IMG/VR virus record: IMGVR_UViG_3300037067_021324
Strand: one strand, 5' to 3'
Length of the DNA: 64,000 nucleotides
Source of the DNA: an uncultured virus (IMG/VR IMGVR_UViG_3300037067_021324)
Lineage: Duplodnaviria > Heunggongvirae > Uroviricota > Caudoviricetes
The notes under the pieces are model-generated. The model saw only the letters and a program-made list of their open reading frames with translations, was not told where the DNA came from and searched no databases. This document shows, one piece after another, positions 60,153 through 64,000 of this stretch (position 1 is the first letter of the stretch; every line of letters begins with the position of its first letter). The position numbers and the translations under genes were made by a program.

Positions 60153-61796
60153 ATGAAAAAATTTTATGCAATAATTTTAGGTTTTACAGCCATTTTGTTG
60201 GCTGTTACAGCAGCTTATTTCTCTGTGTTTGGGCTATCCAAATTATTTATAGGAGCTGCAACGTCAATTATTATCATGGCTGGAACTCTTGAGTTTTCAA
60301 AAATAATAGTAGTGTCTTACTTACATCAATATTGGGATAAAATAGCAAAAAAAATAAAAGTATATTTACTTATTGCAATAGCAGTATTGATGATTATTAC
60401 CAGTGCTGGTATTTATGGATTTTTAACCAATGCTTACTCAAAAGTATCAACAGAGTTAGACAAGATGGGGGGAAATATAGAATTATTAGACAAAAGGATA
60501 GAAATAAAAAAAGAAGAAAAGAATAGGCTTGATGAGCAGCTAAAAACAAAAAGTGATAGGGTTATATCATTGACAAATCTTAGGAAAAGCCAAGAGACAA
60601 GACTGGATTCTTTGTATCAAAGAGGATGGATGGCTGCAGCAAAAAAAACAGAGGTTATAATAAGTCAAGCTGATGATAACATCACATCAGTAAATAAAGA
60701 AATTGATGCAATTGGAAAAAAAATAGAAATTTTAAATGATTCAATTGCTAAATATGAAACTTCAAAATTAGAAATTGATAATAGTAATATTGCATCAGAA
60801 GTGGGACCTCTTAAATATATTGCAAAATTAACTGGAACGGAAATGGATACTATTGTTAATTGGTTAACATTGCTTCTAATTATAGTTTTTGACCCTATGG
60901 CAGTGGCTCTTGTTATATCTACAAGTGCAATGATTAAATTAATTAGAGAGGAAAAACAGAATGAAAAAAATAAAAGCAGAAGTGATTACTTTAAAAAGAA
61001 AGTGCAATATGTATCTGATGAGCAAGGTAATTTTAAATTGCAAGATGAAAACATTGGCATAAATAAATCTTCATTGAAAAACAAAGTATTAAAAAAATGG
61101 AAAGACATATTTAATAAAATTCCTTTTACGAAAAAGCCAACAGTAGATGAAAATGCTATTAAAAAAGAATTCGTTGAAAATGACATTATTAAAGAAAATA
61201 TCACCAAGGAGGAAAACGCTATAAGTGATAATAATCCCATTAAAAAAGACACTATAGAAAAAGAAAATGTTGTAAATAAAGAATTTACTGAAGAAAATAG
61301 TTTTATCAAAAGAGATTCTATAGAGAAAGAGTCTACTGAAAAAGATGTTATAAAAGAATATATAGAAAATGAAACTAAAAATACTATAGAAGAATTTAAA
61401 AACGAAATTCCGATTTTTAGCGTGAATCAGAATACTGTGGTTCCTAGTGTTTTTACTGCAACAACTTCTCAAAATGAAACAGGAGAAAGAATTGAAGAAA
61501 ACATAGCAGAAGAAGTTGAAAAGTTAACAATTGAGAATGTAGGGCAAAAACAAAGTTTGTATTTAAAATTGTTAGAAATTTTTTATGATAACGGAAATAA
61601 AAAAAAGGGAGATGAAATACCAAGTTATTCAGTTCTAATAAAGATGATAGATAAAAGAATAATTAATGTTAATGAAAAAGATGTTAAAGATTTTCTTTTA
61701 ATATGTAATCTATTAAAAATAACAGAGTTTAAAGAAAATCTTGGAATTTTTGAAAAAGATTATAAAAATGCAAAAATGCTTATATCAAGTATTTAA
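60153..61796 (+). CDS. Membrane protein (3 TM, coiled coil, TM, acidic tail)
   Basis: AAYFSVFGLSKLF, ITSAGIYGFL, EVGPLKYIA, IVFDPMAV. Confidence 0.7.
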   Translation: MKKFYAIILGFTAILLAVTAAYFSVFGLSKLFIGAATSIIIMAGTLEFSKIIVVSYLHQYWDKIAKKIKVYLLIAIAVLMIITSAGIYGFLTNAYSKVSTELDKMGGNIELLDKRIEIKKEEKNRLDEQLKTKSDRVISLTNLRKSQETRLDSLYQRGWMAAAKKTEVIISQADDNITSVNKEIDAIGKKIEILNDSIAKYETSKLEIDNSNIASEVGPLKYIAKLTGTEMDTIVNWLTLLLIIVFDPMAVALVISTSAMIKLIREEKQNEKNKSRSDYFKKKVQYVSDEQGNFKLQDENIGINKSSLKNKVLKKWKDIFNKIPFTKKPTVDENAIKKEFVENDIIKENITKEENAISDNNPIKKDTIEKENVVNKEFTEENSFIKRDSIEKESTEKDVIKEYIENETKNTIEEFKNEIPIFSVNQNTVVPSVFTATTSQNETGERIEENIAEEVEKLTIENVGQKQSLYLKLLEIFYDNGNKKKGDEIPSYSVLIKMIDKRIINVNEKDVKDFLLICNLLKITEFKENLGIFEKDYKNAKMLISSI

Positions 61797-61866
61797 AATA
61801 TATTAGTTTTTAATGGTTTCTTATTAATGCTTTTTTATTATATTTATAATAAAAGACTTTATTGTT

Positions 61867-62082
61867 ATGAGATTAATTTTAAAAACTATGGAAAAAGTCG
61901 TCATTGAAGTACACACCAAAGAAGTGGAAAATGACGGCTTTGATTTTTTATGGGATAAAATTCGGGATGTTTATAAAATGGATAAATATGAAATTTTTAA
62001 CATTGAAAAAGATAAAAATAAAACATTGATATACATAGAACTTATTCCATTAAAAGAAAAAGAATTGCAAAAGTATTTGTAA
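61867..62082 (+). CDS. Small hypothetical protein
   Basis: ORF with TATTTATA upstream. Confidence 0.5.
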   Translation: MRLILKTMEKVVIEVHTKEVENDGFDFLWDKIRDVYKMDKYEIFNIEKDKNKTLIYIELIPLKEKELQKYL

Positions 62083-62107
62083 ATTTTCCTAAAAAACATT
62101 ATATTTG
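62076..62107 (+). promoter_or_regulatory. Bacteroidota sigma-A type promoter TTTG-N20-TATATTTG
   Basis: Consensus match upstream of ATG 62128. Confidence 0.7.
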
Positions 62108-62127
62108 TAAAATAAAATTGTAATAAG

Positions 62128-64000
62128 ATGGCAAGAACATTTGATGCTGAAAGAGATGAAAAAAACTTGAATCCTACAGGTAAAAAAACAAAAACTCCTT
62201 TATTAGACTATTTCGGAAGAGATTTGACAAAATTAGCTTCTGAATCAGAATTAGACCCAGTATATGGGAGAGACAAAGAAATAGAAGAAATAATTCAAGT
62301 GCTAAATAAACGAAAAAAGAATAATCCGCTTTTAGTAGGAGAACCTGGAGTTGGGAAAACCGCAGTTGTTGAAGGTTTAGCTATTAAAATACATAAAAAA
62401 GAAGCTGAAGTGTGGCTTTTAAATAAACGTATTGTTGAAATTAACATAACATCTATGGTTTCTGGAACAAAATATAGGGGAGAGTTTGAACAAAGGATGG
62501 AGGAGTTAATTAAAGAAATTGAAAACAATCCAGATATAATAATTTTTATTGATGAAATACATAATGTGGTTGGTGCTGGAGGAACTTCTGGGTCTATGGA
62601 TGCTGCCAATATTATAAAGCCAGCATTATCAAAGGGAACTATGAAATGTATTGGGGCAACTACTTTTGAAGAATATAAAAAACACATTGAAAATGAAGGC
62701 GCTTTTGAAAGAAGATTTCAAAAAATTTATGTTAATGAACCAACAAAGGAAGAGACTGAAATACTATTAAATAGTATTAAAGGAAAATATGAAGAATATC
62801 ATTGTGTTGAATATTCAGAAGAGGTTATTAAAACATGTATAGATTATGCTGATAAATATATAACTTATAGAAAATTTCCAGATAAAGCAATTGATTTATT
62901 AGATGAAGTGGGGTCAAGAGTAAAATTAAAAAATGTTCCAGTTCCAGGAAATTTTAAAGAGCTAGAAGCAGAATTAGAAAAAACTGTTCTTAGAAAAAAA
63001 GAAGCGTCAAAAAATCAAAATTTTGAAGAAGCCGCAAGACATAGAGATGATGAAAGGAGAATACTTGAAGAATTGGATAATGAAAGAAAAGTGTGGGAAA
63101 GAGAAACAAAAAAAAATAAAATTAAAGTAAAATCAGAGGATGTTGCTTGTATAATAGCATCTCATACTGGAATTCCTGTAGTTAAATTAACTGATTCAGA
63201 AAATAAAAAATTTTTAAGTATATCAGATTATTTAAAAGAAAAAATAATAGGGCAAGATGAAGCAGTTCAAAAAGTAGAAGAAGCTATGCAACGGTCAAGA
63301 TTAGGTATTCAAGACCCCTTTCGACCTCTCGCATCGTTTTTGTTTCTTGGTCCTACTGGAGTTGGCAAAACTCTAATGGCAAAACTTATAGCTTCTCATT
63401 TATTTCACACAAATGACTCTTTTATAAGAATTGATATGTCTGAATATGAAGAAAAACATTCTGTATCAAAACTCATAGGGTCTCCTCCCGGATATATTGG
63501 ACACGAAGACAAAGGTCAATTGACTGAAAAAGTAAAAAATAGACCTTATTCACTTATTTTATTTGATGAAATTGAAAAGGCACATCCAGATGTTTTTAAT
63601 GTTTTTTTACAAGTACTTGATGAAGGAAAATTAACTGATTCTACTGGGGCTGAAATAAATTTTAAAAATACAATTATTATAATGACATCTAATATAGGGA
63701 CAAGAAGTTTGTTAGAAGGTAACTCTTTAGGTTTTGGAGTTAAACTAGATACTCTTAAAAATGACAAGAGTCTTGTATTTAAAGAATTAGAGAAAAGTTT
63801 TAAGCCAGAATTTCTTAATAGAATTGATGAAAAAGTAGTGTTTAATCCTCTTGGTAAAGAACAAATAGAAATCATTGCAAAAATTGAAATGGACATGATG
63901 CTTTTTAGACTTAAAGAAAAAGGATATAATATAACAGTATCAAAAGAAGTTGTTTTAAGTATCGCTACCGTTGGATATGATAAAAAATATGGAGCTAGAC
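62128..64000 (+). CDS. clpC: ClpC-like AAA+ unfoldase, runs off the window end (absent from the ORF track)
   Basis: Hand translation: MARTFD..TPLLDYFGRDLT..KNNPLLVGEPGVGKT, FIDEIH, UVR-like NQNFEEAARHRD, FLGPTGVGKT, LIGSPPGYIG, SLGF loop. Confidence 0.92.
   Translation, partial: MARTFDAERDEKNLNPTGKKTKTPLLDYFGRDLTKLASESELDPVYGRDKEIEEIIQVLNKRKKNNPLLVGEPGVGKTAVVEGLAIKIHKKEAEVWLLNKRIVEINITSMVSGTKYRGEFEQRMEELIKEIENNPDIIIFIDEIHNVVGAGGTSGSMDAANIIKPALSKGTMKCIGATTFEEYKKHIENEGAFERRFQKIYVNEPTKEETEILLNSIKGKYEEYHCVEYSEEVIKTCIDYADKYITYRKFPDKAIDLLDEVGSRVKLKNVPVPGNFKELEAELEKTVLRKKEASKNQNFEEAARHRDDERRILEELDNERKVWERETKKNKIKVKSEDVACIIASHTGIPVVKLTDSENKKFLSISDYLKEKIIGQDEAVQKVEEAMQRSRLGIQDPFRPLASFLFLGPTGVGKTLMAKLIASHLFHTNDSFIRIDMSEYEEKHSVSKLIGSPPGYIGHEDKGQLTEKVKNRPYSLILFDEIEKAHPDVFNVFLQVLDEGKLTDSTGAEINFKNTIIIMTSNIGTRSLLEGNSLGFGVKLDTLKNDKSLVFKELEKSFKPEFLNRIDEKVVFNPLGKEQIEIIAKIEMDMMLFRLKEKGYNITVSKEVVLSIATVGYDKKYGAR

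Noticed and set aside
62295..63896. Minus-strand ORFs 62295..62687 and 63546..63896
   Set aside because: Antisense to the plus-strand clpC, which the track missed because it has no stop inside the window.
1..64000. Stop-codon reassignment as seen in some large phages
   Set aside because: Core genes are full length and tightly packed under code 11, and TAA, TGA and TAG all end genes.

Overview
This is a very AT-rich, gene-dense segment of a large T4-like (contractile-tailed, probably jumbo) phage genome. It reads cleanly in genetic code 11 and has one 100-N assembly gap (4925-5024). TTTG-N19/20-TAnnTTTG promoters and a Bacteroidota-type RpoD point to a Bacteroidota host. From left to right it encodes duplicated fibre plus beta-helix adhesin modules, an intein-bearing terminase and portal, DnaE, an HslV-like peptidase and nucleotide enzymes, two tail/baseplate chaperones, the tape measure, a 22-aa-repeat tail protein and a baseplate hub with a C-terminal L,D-transpeptidase-like domain. 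A replication block follows (PolA-like, RecA, 5'-3' exonuclease, helicase, intein-bearing NrdJ), then Hsp20, an RpoD-like sigma, UvrD, NUDIX, ABC-GNAT, SSB and a ClpC cut by the window end. The best candidate for a new system is a minus-strand operon of two giant (907 and 510 aa) proteins. Both carry embedded sigma70-like motifs and virion-protein-type leaders, and they sit behind the same promoter motif as the structural genes. Four distinct promoter classes are visible in the intergenic DNA, and GATC appears to be systematically avoided. All calls come from reading motifs by eye; no searches were run.
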